Program-made: the position numbers and the translations under genes | Source: Bugula neritina | Taxonomy: Eukaryota; Animalia; Bryozoa | Direction: 5' to 3' | NCBI GenBank assembly: GCA_964035545.1 | Contig: OZ037767.1 | Span: 3,545,680 to 3,609,679 of the forward strand | DNA: 64,000 bases | Part shown: positions 41,581-55,400 of the stretch, in pieces | Position numbering within the stretch: position 1 is the stretch's first letter | How the letters are laid out: every line of letters begins with the position of its first letter | The notes under the pieces: generated by a model | What the model was told of the DNA's origin: nothing | Database searches by the model: none | Seen by the model: only the letters and a program-made list of their open reading frames with translations

Positions 41581-44500
41581 GGAGGATACTCTGTAGGTTT
41601 CATTTGTAGTGAGCTACTTGCCTTTGTATTCCTATTGATTGAATAACATCTATTATAGTCATTCGATTTGTAGTTTGTAAACTAATATTTTTAATGCTCT
41701 CAACAGTGCAATCAACACTATAGTATATAGAATATATAACGTATTGTATATGCTAAATAATATATAGAGTATAAAAATTTATACTTATAAGGATTTTAGA
41801 CTGAAAATGTTGGCTAAATTTCGTTTGTCAGCTAAGGGTTTGTCGTGTACATTTTCCTTTAGTATTTTATACAACAGTATAGACCTACTAGAATTGGCTC
41901 ATAGTATTATATAAAATTATACATTTTAGCGGTTATTTTAAACACTGTTGAAGTGCAGCAGCCACTTTTACTATTTATGTACTTGTTCTATACTCTGCAG
42001 GCTAAGCTAATGTTGCAACTTAAGTATTTTTCTATTAGATCAGTTATATAACCCATATACTTGGTTGAAAGTAGCATTCAGGGAAGTTTTATTGCTAGTT
42101 CAGTGACTATCTTTAAAATTGTGGGATATTTCTTTAAAATTAGTTTTTCTCACATTTGATAAATATTACTCTTTTCACAACCTCATTGAGCTCTTAAACT
42201 CTACTTGCTACTTGAACATTACTGTCATCATCAATCATTGACCTAGTAATTGATCAATAAACTGAAATACTACATGGTCAACTTATATAAGCTAATATTA
42301 TTCTCATATTGTGACAGTAAATAGATATCTCATCTTGAAATATATTCAAGTCCTGGAAACCCAATCAACTTTTTTTGAAAGTTATACGAATATTGTCTGC
42401 AATAAATTGTAATTTTTGATATAGAAATATTTTACTTAACATAGCCTATTTTTCTAGTTACTGGTTCGTCAAAGTATGCATAAAAGCCTCTTTAACCCAT
42501 AGATAGAAGCTTGAAATTTTTTTTAGATTAAGGTCCATATCTCCTCTATCATGTACATAAGAGTATCTTACTATAGTGAACTGTAGATACGTACAGTGGT
42601 CTATATCCATGTATCTTTTATATTCTGTTTAGTATAAATTGTGCATACTAAGTTATTATAACACTCATTAGGCAATACAGAGCATAAGCTGGAGTTACTG
42701 TGGCTCATCAAAGTTTCATTATAATCATAATTATCATATGTACACGCATGTTTTACATCAAATGTGCATCAGTTACAGAATTGGGTTGTGCTACTATGTA
42801 AAGCTGAAACATTTTCTTTACTCGATGCTGTAACATACAATGAATAAGTTAGCTCCAAGTGTTTACATGTTGTATAGTCGAGTAGCAAATGTTTAGATAT
42901 TAGATAATGTTTCTAGGAGTTTGTGTTATTTACAACTTTCTGTGTGTATGGCTGTTATAAGGTAAGATTATTAATTATATTAATAACTGCTAGGCTGTTT
43001 ATATTCTAAAGGTACATTTAAGGTTATGTAGTGGCCTATAAGTATAACATAGTAAAAACTTATGTTACACCGGTTATTGCAAGGCAAAGATAATTTTAGT
43101 CATTTTCTATACTGACAACTTCTATAAATTCAATTTAATAACTAGTACGTTCTCTGTTGGCAATGCTCTAGTTTTTGAAATATCCAACCAAAATTTAATT
43201 TTCTGTCTGTGCAATATTATATAAATATATTTTTAAATTTTTCAAAACATTGCATCTATTTTGATATGTCAGCTAAAATGTTAATAATACATTAGTAGAA
43301 AGGATGCCATCTTGAATCATAATACCACAGTCTATACAGTTTCCTGAAAATTAAATGGAATGGCCTAAATTAATAAATCTGTTGATACTGAATACAACTT
43401 GAAATGTAGCAATGACTTAAAATAGCCACATGTTTAATTCATGGTTATAATAACTGTAAGTACATATTAGGTACAGGGTAGTAAAACACTTGCTAATCAG
43501 TGTACAGACTGGATGTTCTAACAACTAGATATTATATGATCATAATATTGCTTCCCTTCTATTACAGTGTATTTTCTACTAAGGAACAGCCAGCTGTACC
43601 TAGCATTGATATGTAATGCATATTTTATAGATTCGTGTGCTGAATTCGGTCAAATGTATCTTGCAATCAACCAGTTACTCCTTCACCAATATATTGTACA
43701 GACAGTTGAGATCAATACTAACTAGTATACTAAAGTATTATTTTGCTTGTCTAATTTATGTTTCAATATTTCCAATCATTTATTTTGTAATTAGGAGCTG
43801 GTTGTCTCCCCACCCATCCTGACTAGACTGTAGCAATGGCTAGACATGAAACTGTATTCTAAAGGGCTAAAATTTTAGTAGACGAGAGTCCTCGATTAGC
43901 ACCCCACCTAATTGAGGAATTTAGGAGTACTTTGTCTATTTGCAGTATTGTTCAAGTTATCATAGACTTAATATATGATATATAATAATATAATATAATA
44001 TGATATTTGATATATATAATATATGACATAACTATCAGTTTACTGTGCTATATGTATCATTATGTAATAGTAGGAAATGCAAACATAGTAGGGGTGCTAG
44101 CAGTTTTGAACGTGGCTGAAAGGAAGCATAAGCTTAAAAATAGAAAAAAGCTGTAATAGACAACTTAAAATATGCAGTGTTACTTCAATAACCTAATGCA
44201 TTGTTATTACGAAAACAGTTTTCAATAGTTGAGCCAGTAAAAATATTGCTTTACAGCTGTGAGAGCTGATGGTGGCGCAACAAATCAAACAAAATTCAGG
44301 CCACAGAGGCTTATGTTAAACAAGTCTCGGTAAAGTATCCTGCTTAGGGTATTCAGCTTGTAGACATTTCTTCTGCTCTTCAAATAGTAGATTCAGCTGG
44401 GACGTTTCTACAACTTGTAGACTGTAGTCTGAACAAAACTCAGTTAAATATGAGTTTGAACAGTTGTGTACCCATGAAATATATATTACACGCATTGAAG

Positions 44501-46204
44501 ATCTGCAATAGAGAATTATATGCTTGTAAGTTAGACGTTGAATGTACATGTATAGTTGGCACCAAACTATATCTGTCTACATTTCTCCCCCTTTTTAGCC
44601 TTAAAATGGAACAAGCTTTCACTAAAGTCTTTACACCTATGTGAACAAACTCACACTGATATTATGCTAAAGATATTAAACTCAAAAAGACAGTCCATTA
44701 TAGTAATGTGTTTAAAATTATAAGGTTTAAAATTAGTGCTTATAAGTATTTGCTACTTCTTTGAACTATTGGGCAATTTAGATACGTTATTCCAACTCCA
44801 CCAACTGCCAATTGATTTTTTCACTACTTCCACTTAAGTGATTTTCAATGCCATATGCATTATCACTTTTTGTATTCCTAGTCACATTTTTCGAGTATTA
44901 TCATGAAAATTTCATTGAAAAAAAATTGCATCAACTGAAGACTGTTTAATACAAATTGGCAGTTATGAATTATTGCATAATGAACTGTTCTATGTTCTAT
45001 GTTGGTTCTATTGAACCTGTAGTCACCATACTATTGTGACAATGATCAAGTTTTTCTACTACTTCCGACTACAGAGACTATAGACTACGACCTGGCTACT
45101 ATATAACTATTCCTACTTTCCACTTCTTCCTACAGTTATTAATTTATAGTCTCCATAGACAAATAGCAGCAATGAATTAGTCTGTTTACTGCCTATTTTA
45201 TGATACATATTAATAAACCTACAATATGCACAGACATTGAATGACCTCTAGTGGTATTTATGCACTTTGGCCAGGCTGCACGCTGAGCATTCACCTTTTT
45301 ATCAGCCTGTTCTCTTAAGAGATTTTCTACCTGTGTAACACTTTGTGTAAAGTTACTTCATTATGCAAGATTATTTTATTTTTACAAGGACCAAACTTAG
45401 TATCAAATACTGTCACTATTGCATGACTATAAACACTGGCTAAGCACTAGCCCAATATACACTCCTATGCGAATGCATAACTACCAAGTAGAATAATCAG
45501 CCACTGTTTCCAATGGTGATGGTAATACGAGATGACAGTTCTATTGTGGTCACATGACCACTTGGTCTGCGCTCAAGAGTTTTGAATAAACCTAAATTTC
45601 CCATAACATATGACACCATAAGTTTTTGAAATTTTATTCAATAGGAGCGTTTGCATGCATTATATGCGGACTTAACATGGTTATATATTAAATAGCCACT
45701 CAACAACTAGTCAAATGAAAGCTCGTCTGTGCAGATTCCACTAGAACTTGAGTGAATGGATCATGTAATGCTAATTTAATAAAATTCCAACTTGACTATT
45801 TTGAAGAAGGCCACCCAATGCCATTTGCTGCCTGTATGTACAGAGCTTCCTGCTGAACCAAAATAAGTTTTCCAATTTATTTCGACTTCATATTGTGAAC
45901 TGATTACTATTTTACCGTAACTTTACTAGTGCTTATGCACTTAGCTCCACCTCTATTCGAGTACCCCAACTTTTATGTGTGCCAAAACGATGACTTTTGT
46001 GCAGTCTAAGTGTTCGATATCAATTTGGGACCCCAATGTGGGTGGACAACTTCCTTTGCTAAAGATGTATACTAAAACAGTTCGTTTGCAATGTGAAAGG
46101 TGTACTTTCTCACAGGACTGCATCCCCGACTACTGTGTGTATACAGAGGCTCTTTATTAGCAATGTTGTTAATTTTATAGAACTGTTATAGAAAATTTTT
46201 TCTG

Positions 46205-46452
46205 CTTGTAGAACTATTATGCTGTTTATTCTAAGGACTATTAGATGCTGTCTATTTTTAGTACTATAGAAGCATCCCAGTCATTTTCTAGGATTATAAT
46301 GTTTTTAGGACTATCAAATATTCATAGGCCTATAATAAACGGGTGTCTACGTTCTAGGACTAGGTCTATAGGTATATAATAAACTGGTGTCTATGTTTTA
46401 GGACTAGGTCTATAGGTATATAATAAACTGATATCTATGTTCTAGGACTAGG
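46205..46452. repeat. Tandem repeat (~43-bp units plus shorter TTCTAGGACTA-like units) ending at the acceptor of the first Nav coding exon
   Basis: TGTCTATGTT(C/T)TAGGACTAGGTCTATAGGTATATAATAAACTG repeated about 2.5 times, with older degenerate copies upstream. Confidence 0.85.
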
Positions 46453-46470
46453 GTATGGTAACGCTGCCAC

Positions 46471-49400
46471 ATGGCCTCCTGCTGCAGACAAAGACGTAGA
46501 AGAACTGAACCTTTGCCTGAATCACAGGAGTTCAAACTCCTCACTCCTGAGCATGTGGAGGAAGTGAGGGAGCTGATCAAAGAGCGCGAACTGTGAGTGA
46601 CTGTTGTATTACTGGCAGTAGTAAATACTATGAGTAATAGTGATACTATGAGTAATAGCAGTACTATGAGTAATAGTGATACTATGAGTAATAGTGATAC
46701 TATGAGTAATAGGGGTACTATGAGTAATAGCAGTACTATGAATAATAGCAGTACTATGAGTAATAGTAGTACTATGAGTAATAATAGTACTATAAGTAAT
46801 AAGGGTACTATGAGTAATGGTGGTACTATAAGTAATAGGGGTACTATGAGTAATAGGGGTACTATGAGTAATAGGGGTACTATGAGTAATAGGGGTACTA
46901 TGAGTAATGGTGGTACTATAAGTAATAGGGGTACTATGAGTAATGGTGATACTATGAGTAATAGCGGTACTATGAGTAATAGCAGTACTATGAGTAATAG
47001 TAGTACTATGAGTAATAGTAGTACTATGAGTAATAATAGTACTATAAGTAATAGGGGTACTATGAGTAATGGTGGTACTATGAGTAATAGTGGTACTATG
47101 AGTAATAGTGCTATTATGAGTACCACTGTTGCTGTTTGTAGCAGTGGCACTGGTACTGGTGGTAGCAGTGTATTTGTGATTACAGTGGGGAATAAAATAG
47201 TTTATGTTATATATAGAGAGTGAGAACTGTGTAAGACAGCATATTATACTCAAAGCTTGCTCAATGTATCATAGCTGGTAGGTGTTTCTGTAAGAAAATA
47301 CTTGAATAAGTTACAATAAAATCTAAACATAGTGATTGATGGTAACTGAATTAGTAATTTAAATAAATGTATAAATATTAAGTGAGTTATGACTTGATAT
47401 AGATTAGAATTATGTAGATGGGATAAATATTTAGCCAGTGTTGCCAGCAACTATAATATAGGGATGCTGTGTATTGAACTGGAATACAATAAGAGAAAGT
47501 CAAAGTAGAGTAATTCTCAGAGTGATGAGATGAGTAAGTGAGGAGAACTTAGTCTATCAATAAGTTCTTCTGTTTCGCCTCCAGCTCTAGATATGAAAAC
47601 AATGCTTTAATGCCAATATTTCAGATGATAAGTTGATAACTGGTAATAGTAAGTAAGTAAATAAGTAGGTAAGTAACTAGTGATAGTAATAAGTAGTGAT
47701 AGTAATTAGTGATAGTAAGTAGTAAATATGTTTAACTATATTTAAAATGAAAAACTGCTCTTTTTATTTTAATTCTGTCTACTATAAATTTATTTAACTT
47801 GTACTTTACATGAATGAATTTTTCCGGTTTTCAGGCGTGAAAAAGAAAATCAGAAAAAGAGAAAAGCGGCCAGAGAATTACGGAAAAGATTTGAGGCAGG
47901 GGAGGCAACTGAAGAAGATCATGAAAATGCCGAAAGACTTTCCAGAGCTTCAAATCGGCCGAGTATTTGCGAAGAGGAGGCTGCCAAAAATGAAGAGGAC
48001 GCGAAAAAAGACAAAGAGAATAAAAGGATCGAGAAGAAAGGAATTAACAAGCGCATGGAGGCTGGGAAGAAGCTTTCACCAAAATATGCTGCAGACTTTC
48101 AGAAACATTTGGCTGGTCAGCCATTGATAGACATTGACCCTTACTACAAGGAGAAGGAGGTTGGTCATGTGACTTTTCTATGAATGTTGATTGGGAATAG
48201 GTTAATGTGGGCTAATGCACTTGGTAGTCACTGTGAGTAAGGAAGGTTCTAGATTCCAATTACTTTTTCTGCCGGTTTTATAGTAATAGTTTTACCATGT
48301 CTCGGTATGTTTTACCATGTATAGATATGTTTTACCATGTATAGATATGTTTTACCATGTATCAGTATGTATCGAGATTCAGTCTGTGTGTTTATCATTT
48401 CAGGTGTTCATTGTGATAGGCAGAGATCACACGATATATCGCTTCTCGGCTCACAATGGCCTGTTCTGTCTGAGTCCATTCAACCCAATCAGGAGAGTGG
48501 CTCTACTGACCCTAGTTCACCCACTCTTCAATATTGTAGTCATGCTCACCATTCTTACTAATTGTGTGTTTATGGCCAAAGGGGATGAGAACAAAACTGT
48601 AGAGTGAGTCCTAATGTGTACTCATCTTCTATAATGAAGGTGGCTATAAATAAAACTCCAATAGCCCATAGGCTAAATGTAAAATAGCTGTACAATAGGC
48701 TAAAAATAGTCAATGGCCTGCTGTTGCTTGAGAGATAAAAACTTTCCATCATTTTATTAAAATTTGTAGTTCTATAAAAAAAACCTTACATCATGTTCAA
48801 ACAAATTTGGTGACTGTTAGGAAAGCTTTGCATTACATCAAATACTATTATATAATACTAAATAATTTATATCATACAGCGTTATATGATATTAGATTCT
48901 ATCATATAGTATTTATTTTTACAATTCTGTAACTAGTCTGCACCTTTGTGCTATTGACCAGCTAGTGAGCATCATTTTCCATCAACCAGTAATTAAAATG
49001 TGCTTTTTCGCAAAGAAGTTAACTTTATTGTTAGCCAGAAGTGTATGATGTCTAAACGTCCATATTCATATATACATTACTTGTCTGGTAAAAGTCAATA
49101 TCACTTCAAACTTATCATAACCTCATTTTTATAAATCACACTTATCGATAACACGCGATTCCATGTGGAATTTATTGATGCCGTAATTCAATTTGAAGGC
49201 TCTTCACTTCACACTATTAGACCATGCTGCCTGCGCTGCCTATAAGCTGGCCCTCACAGCTTAAGCAAACCTGCAGCGTATGACAGTGGCATCATTTCAC
49301 TCAGCTGATATTGATTTCCTGTTGCCATTCCAGTCTTCAAATGTTTCTCCTGTCACTTATATAACTGCTATTTTGCACAGAGTATCTCTTTCAGTGTCTA

Positions 49401-52400
49401 TTTAAGTACAAACCCCATGTTGAATTAGCATAAATAAAAACTCAAGTAAGACTTTTTTATTTCAAGTCTAAATTGTGCTTTCGTGTTACCCGCCACGGAA
49501 AATACTTTTCTGTACCTTTTACGTCAAGTTTTTTTCGTTTAAAACTTGTTTGCCTTTTAAATTTGAATTCACTCGAGTTTGCTGTAAGTAAGCTTTGTTG
49601 AGAGTAAACTACCTCCTGTCTCAAATATACTCTAGGTAGACAAAACCAAACTATCATAAACATAATTATATACAAAAAAGTCTACAGAAGTGAAAATGTT
49701 TAAGAATTTTTGTATGATGCACGCCAGTGCAGCAATTCTATAGATTCAAAAGTTTAATTTTTGAGAAATTTCAGCAAATTCGAGCTTAAATTATTAAAGT
49801 GGCTGTTACACTGCATACGCTTTGTTGTATATCTTCATTGAAAGTCATATAATTCAATAGTGGATAATAATAGAAATTTCTACATAAAAAGTAATTATAT
49901 AACCACAACAGTATAGCATCAAACGAGCTGTTCTTCTTTGTGCATCTTACTTACCTTTAGCTCTTATTAATTTATATTTTGCAGATATTTACGAGATTGA
50001 TGTTGTGGCCATGTTTCTCAGGTTTTTAGAATATGATTTTTCAGCTACTTGTTTGGGGAACTAATTCTCCTTCCATTGTTCTTCTTACAGATACGTCTTC
50101 ACAGCTATCTATACATTTGAGTTTCTTGTCAAAATGTTAGCCCGTGGTATGATACTATCCCAATTCACCTACCTCCGAGACGCTTGGAACTGGCTCGACT
50201 TTTTAGTGATCATGCTAGCGTAAGTTTATTTTGCATCTTGTATGTGACATTTTCAATCAGGGACCTTTTTAAAACATGACTAAGTTGATGGGAGTAAACT
50301 TTGTGGGTGACTAGTGATTTGTTCAAATATGAGTCATGTGACTTGGACCCAAATAACCTGACTAAGTTCTGTGAAACATCAAATGTTGTCAATATGGCTG
50401 ATAAATCAGTCATACTGTAACAGCTAAGTCAACCACATTGCAACATGAGTCGGCCATATTGAAACATGTGAGTTGGCCATATTGTAACATGTGAGTTGGC
50501 CATGATGTAAGGCTAAATCAACCAAAACTAAAGCAAATGAGTCAACCATGCTAAAACAAGTGAGTAACTAAAACAAGCGAATGTCTTTGTATAACGACCT
50601 CTCTTCCAAGAACGAGATGAGGTCGAGCACAGATCATTGACACAAATTCTTTTCCGGAATAATATTGTCGGTCAACACAGTTTGACCATCCTCAGAGTCA
50701 TATTATAACAACAAATATTTTTATGATATGGTCATTGTCCAAGGTGCATTCGTGATCAACTCCACTCAGGTGCGTGACCTGTGGGAAAATACCGTGTATC
50801 TTCTATTTATTACAGCTGCGCCTGAAAAAATGTGGTGTCCAAAGACATCATTAATTCTCCTAACTTCGCCAAGTCAATGCATCTTGAGTTTTGTGTATAA
50901 ATGAAACATTAGAATGTAAAACTAGTTTTTTAAACTATGCTACTCCAATAGCTGGTCGTTTTTAGGTACAGATGAATGAAATGAGCTGCCACAAAGCTAT
51001 GCATGTCTAAAAGAACTTTTGTACACACAGTTGACATGATGATGGAATAATCTAGAAAATATTTATGTTGTTTACAGGTATGGCATGCTGATAGCAGAGT
51101 CAAGTTCTACATCTGGCTCAGGTTCTGATGCCCTGGCCAACGTCTCCGCACTTAGAACTTTCCGTGTTCTGCGGGCCTTGAAGACTGTTGCAGTCGTGCC
51201 AGGTAAGGATAAGTGTGTCAAACGGTACCAAAGTTCATGTTTTCATGCAGTTGCTATGTGGATTCTATATTTCAAGGTTATTACTAGCTAGTCGATACTT
51301 ATTTTTGTAGGAGCTGGTAGACTTTCTTTAGATTTAGGCTAAGTCTTAAGTCATTGAAATGACTCATATTATAAATAAAGTTTTCATAGATAATTGAGTA
51401 GTTTGATGATATGGAGATGCTGGGTTATGTTTACTAGTTTCTTTGTATACTCACATGCATCACAATGACTCTATGTCGGGTTGTTTATATTTTTAAATTT
51501 CAGTTAACTTTTCTTAGAAATTAGTAATTAGAGTACCTAAGTTGATAATTTGTATGATACGACAGGTATATAAAGGCAGTTTGTCATATAAAACAAATGT
51601 GTGTATAATAACTACATTTTCTATATTATAATAAATTCTGACCGATTTGTATAAAATAAAATAAATAAAATAAAATGAATAAATTAAACTGATTAGCTAA
51701 TTGCTATGTTTACTATCTGAACTAGGCAGTGCTATAAATGAATATTTTTCATTGTTGCAGGCTTGAAAACTATAGTTGGTGCTTTAATGGAGGCGGTTAT
51801 TAAAATGAGGGACGTCGGCATACTGACCATATTCATGCTCTCTATATTTGCACTAGTCGGGCTACAGTTGTATATGGGTAGCTTACACCATAAATGTGTG
51901 AAGGAATATCCAGCAAACCTGACCGAAAGTGAGAAATACGAGTGGAGAAATAATGAAGGCGAGTATTTAATAAGTTTTGGGTGTAACTTGTGCTGGCATA
52001 TAAGTAACCTACTACCAATGTGTGTAATAAAAACACTCTCCCAGATTCAGCCTTGTCATGAATTGGAAATAAAGTACAAATTTGTGAGTTAAATTATCAA
52101 TTTCATCACAACTGACATCACTTCCTGGATATTTATTGATTTATGAAAGTTTTTCTTTGGTTTTTCCTGGAAATAGCAGGTTAGCATTTATTCCAGCTTC
52201 GATGTCCTTACCACAGTCCTTAGCTAAACCTGCCATTTTTCCTTTCTTGTGCCTCTACTACAGCCCCTAAGTCTCTAACACAGTTCTTATGTCCCTGCCC
52301 CATCTCATATATCCCTGTCCCATGTGATATGTCCCTACCCCTGCTCATATGTCCCTGCCCCTCCTATGTCCCTGATACAGCTCCTTAGCTAAACATTGTT

Positions 52401-55400
52401 CTCCCCACTATATTCCTACTGACATCCCATTATATCCCTACATCTGCCTCTACTACACTCCCCTTAAATCCTATCAGTCTTCATGTCTACTACAGTACTA
52501 TTCTTTTGTTTAGTCTCTCTATTATCAACAATTTTTTTATAAATATTCATCTTTGTAACAATCCTTAGAACAACAAAAACTTGTTATTGTAAATCATTCC
52601 AGGTGAATAACTTGAGAGATATTTTGTAGCTCTGGAATCTGTGTTGGCGAGTTTTCAAGTTTTAATTTGTTTTGATTAAATTATTACAATTTCCTTCCTA
52701 CAGCGATGTCCTGTAGAATGTGTTATTCTTTCATTTTACAATCGATTATGAAATAAAGAGAAAGTAATCATATCACTCTAGTGTTCAAATATACCTGTGA
52801 ACAGATTCAGGGCTTTATTAGCTTGGGTTTCAAATTGTTGGCTTGGTTTTGGGGTTCGAAGTGTGATGCCATTTCATTTCACAAACAAGCAAGTTTCCAT
52901 GCTAAAAATATGCACTAGAATTAGAACTTACTGAAAAATATCCACTTTTGCCTAAAATATTTGTATGCGTGTATTTATAGATCATCTACAGAATGTTAGC
53001 AACAGGGATCATCTGATATGTGGTAAAGCTTACGGTGCAGGGTGAGCATTTATCTTTCTAACAAATAATGAAATTTTAAAAACCAAAGTAGCCATTTGTG
53101 TCCACATTTTAGTAGTATGCTGCCGTGTTGTATTACAAGTATGCTGTCTGGTTTAACTGGCTATCATTTGTGACAGCAGTAGGTCACTTCTGGCAAAAAT
53201 ACAGCTTTTAATTTTATAAGCGTTATATTTTGATTTCTTGAACTTCTCAGTTTTGTTTTATTTAGGCTCGGTGTCGGCCATCTTTAAACTGTCTAAAAAT
53301 GATTTAACAGCTCTTTTGAACGTTTAAGTTATTAAAAACTACTACCATTGTTTTTTCGATTGCCATCATTATTCATCACACCAACATTATCACTACTATT
53401 ATTCAATCGGGATTACATAATGTATTTTTCATCATTTATAGCTATTTCATTATCAGATTATCATCAGCGTTTTTGTGAACCACACCTTTATGATTAATTA
53501 CCATTATGTTATTCTATTACCAACTATTTGTTATTGTTATAACTTCTTATACTACCCCTTCTTTCTCCTAGAGATATTTTTTAGCTGTAGCTACTGCTGT
53601 CAGACGTTTTAAGTATCTTAAATCCAAACTTTAAATTTGAGCGAGAATTTAGAATCTATGTATATAAAGAGATTTTTAAATATTTCTTTCAGGTATATTT
53701 TAGGTTTATGTTATATTGCGGCTATTGTTAAGATATATAATAAAATGTGATTTAACTTTTTTTATATCTATAAATAAAAATTAATTTATGTAACTCATAC
53801 AAATTTTTATCACAAGGAAACTTTACTTCATGAGAGATGATACAAACTTTCATTTATTCTACTATTCAATTATTAATTGTTTTGACAAGCATTAAAACGC
53901 TCACTTCTTCACTGATAACTAACTATCCATTTAGCTTCTATTATTTTTACATTTCAATATAATCATCATAGATTTTTATAGTATATTGTCGAAACCTATG
54001 ATACTGATTCTAGGAGGTGTGATGAAGGATTTGAATGCATGCCGGGAGTTCTACAGAATCCCAATTTCAACTACACCAGCTGGGACAACTTTGGTGTGTG
54101 TATGCTCAACTCATTCAGGATTATGACTCAAGACTTCTGGGAAAATATTTATTTTATTGTAAGTATTTGTTGATATTTTTTGTTATACCTCTTTATTTGA
54201 ACATGTGTGTGTGTGTGTGAATGTAAAAATGAGATTGAGCTAAAGCATTAAATGCATCTTTATTACTTAAAGTTTCATTTGCTTCAAGTATTGCAGTATT
54301 ATATACATTTGAGGATAAACATGCTGCATTAATTACCTTAAAAATACAGATACATCAAATGATATAAAAGTATAGAAGGAATTCAAAATTATTGAATTGC
54401 AAAGATTTTAATTTTGTAGTGCCTTCTAATAAACTTGTTTATTATTTTTTAAAATGCATATTTGATAACTCCTTGCCACACAAACAAAATGCCTATTTGA
54501 TCAATTATACCATGCACTAGTTAATGAATTTTGTTTGAAAAATAAGCTGAAAAATATTATCATTTCAAGTCAATTTCCACTTTTCTTATTAATCTCTCAA
54601 TCCACCTATGTTAGTAGGAATTACTATACTAACTTCATGAGTTGTTAGTTTAACATTTGCTAATTCCAAGTAATAACTAAGGTCTGTGTGTTGGTAAACA
54701 CAACTGGCATCATATTTCTATACTAATCTCATTAGCTGTACACTTTTGGGACATGCAGTTCAGTTGTTATGCTTCGAGTGGTAAAAATTATTCTTCCTGT
54801 GTCTGCTTATATAGCATGTGTTAACAATCCAACATGTGATAGCATGGAGCTAGGGAATAACTAGGCTGTCTATAAATTCTATTACTAAGCAACTTATTTA
54901 CTCACTCCATTCATTGTAAAGTTATATTTTATAATGTAAAAATAGACCTTATAATGAAAAAAATATACCAAAAAAGGTCTCGTTTGAAACGTTTTTCTAA
55001 AATTTTGTCTTGGACTGTATTTAGTATTTTAGGCAGATGAAAAAAATCTTAAAATTATCGCTGATGGAAATATGCAGAGAATAAAAAGACTTTCGAGAAT
55101 TCAAAATACAAAATTGCTTTCAAAATTAAAAACATATTTTCTTAGTTTTATTTACCAACTAAAACATATATTGGAGCTTCATTAAGTTTACCAAATTTTT
55201 ACTACCTAAAAGAGAAGCAAGATCTTTTGTAATTTAGGTGGACAAGTTGGCAGCGTCAACTGACAGCTGACATTATTACTAGACTTTGTCATCAAGTCAA
55301 TATTTGTGTTTACTGATTAATTGCTTGCACAATGATTACAGCATTAACTAAAAATTACACGATTTCACATTTTCATCAGAAAAATAACATCAAGTTTATG

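Noticed and set aside
46620-47125. CRISPR-like regular array
   Set aside because: Units are contiguous with no unique spacers, there are no cas genes, and the context is a eukaryotic intron.
46410-47253. Three long ORFs (246, 208 and 214 aa) with periodic LLLIV / TMSNS / ITHST sequence
   Set aside because: Translations of the 18-bp minisatellite inside a Nav intron; no independent evidence of coding.
47810-48127. Lys/Arg-rich 105-aa ORF
   Set aside because: Wrong frame of the real Nav exon 47835-48159.
49985-50021. Possible mutually exclusive Nav exon (starts YLRD-like)
   Set aside because: In-frame TGA after four codons and a weak donor.
50581-50849. Decayed MITE (ATGTCTTTG...CAAAGACAT ends, some inner symmetry)
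   Set aside because: The inverted repeats are too short to support by eye, and no second copy or TSD was seen.
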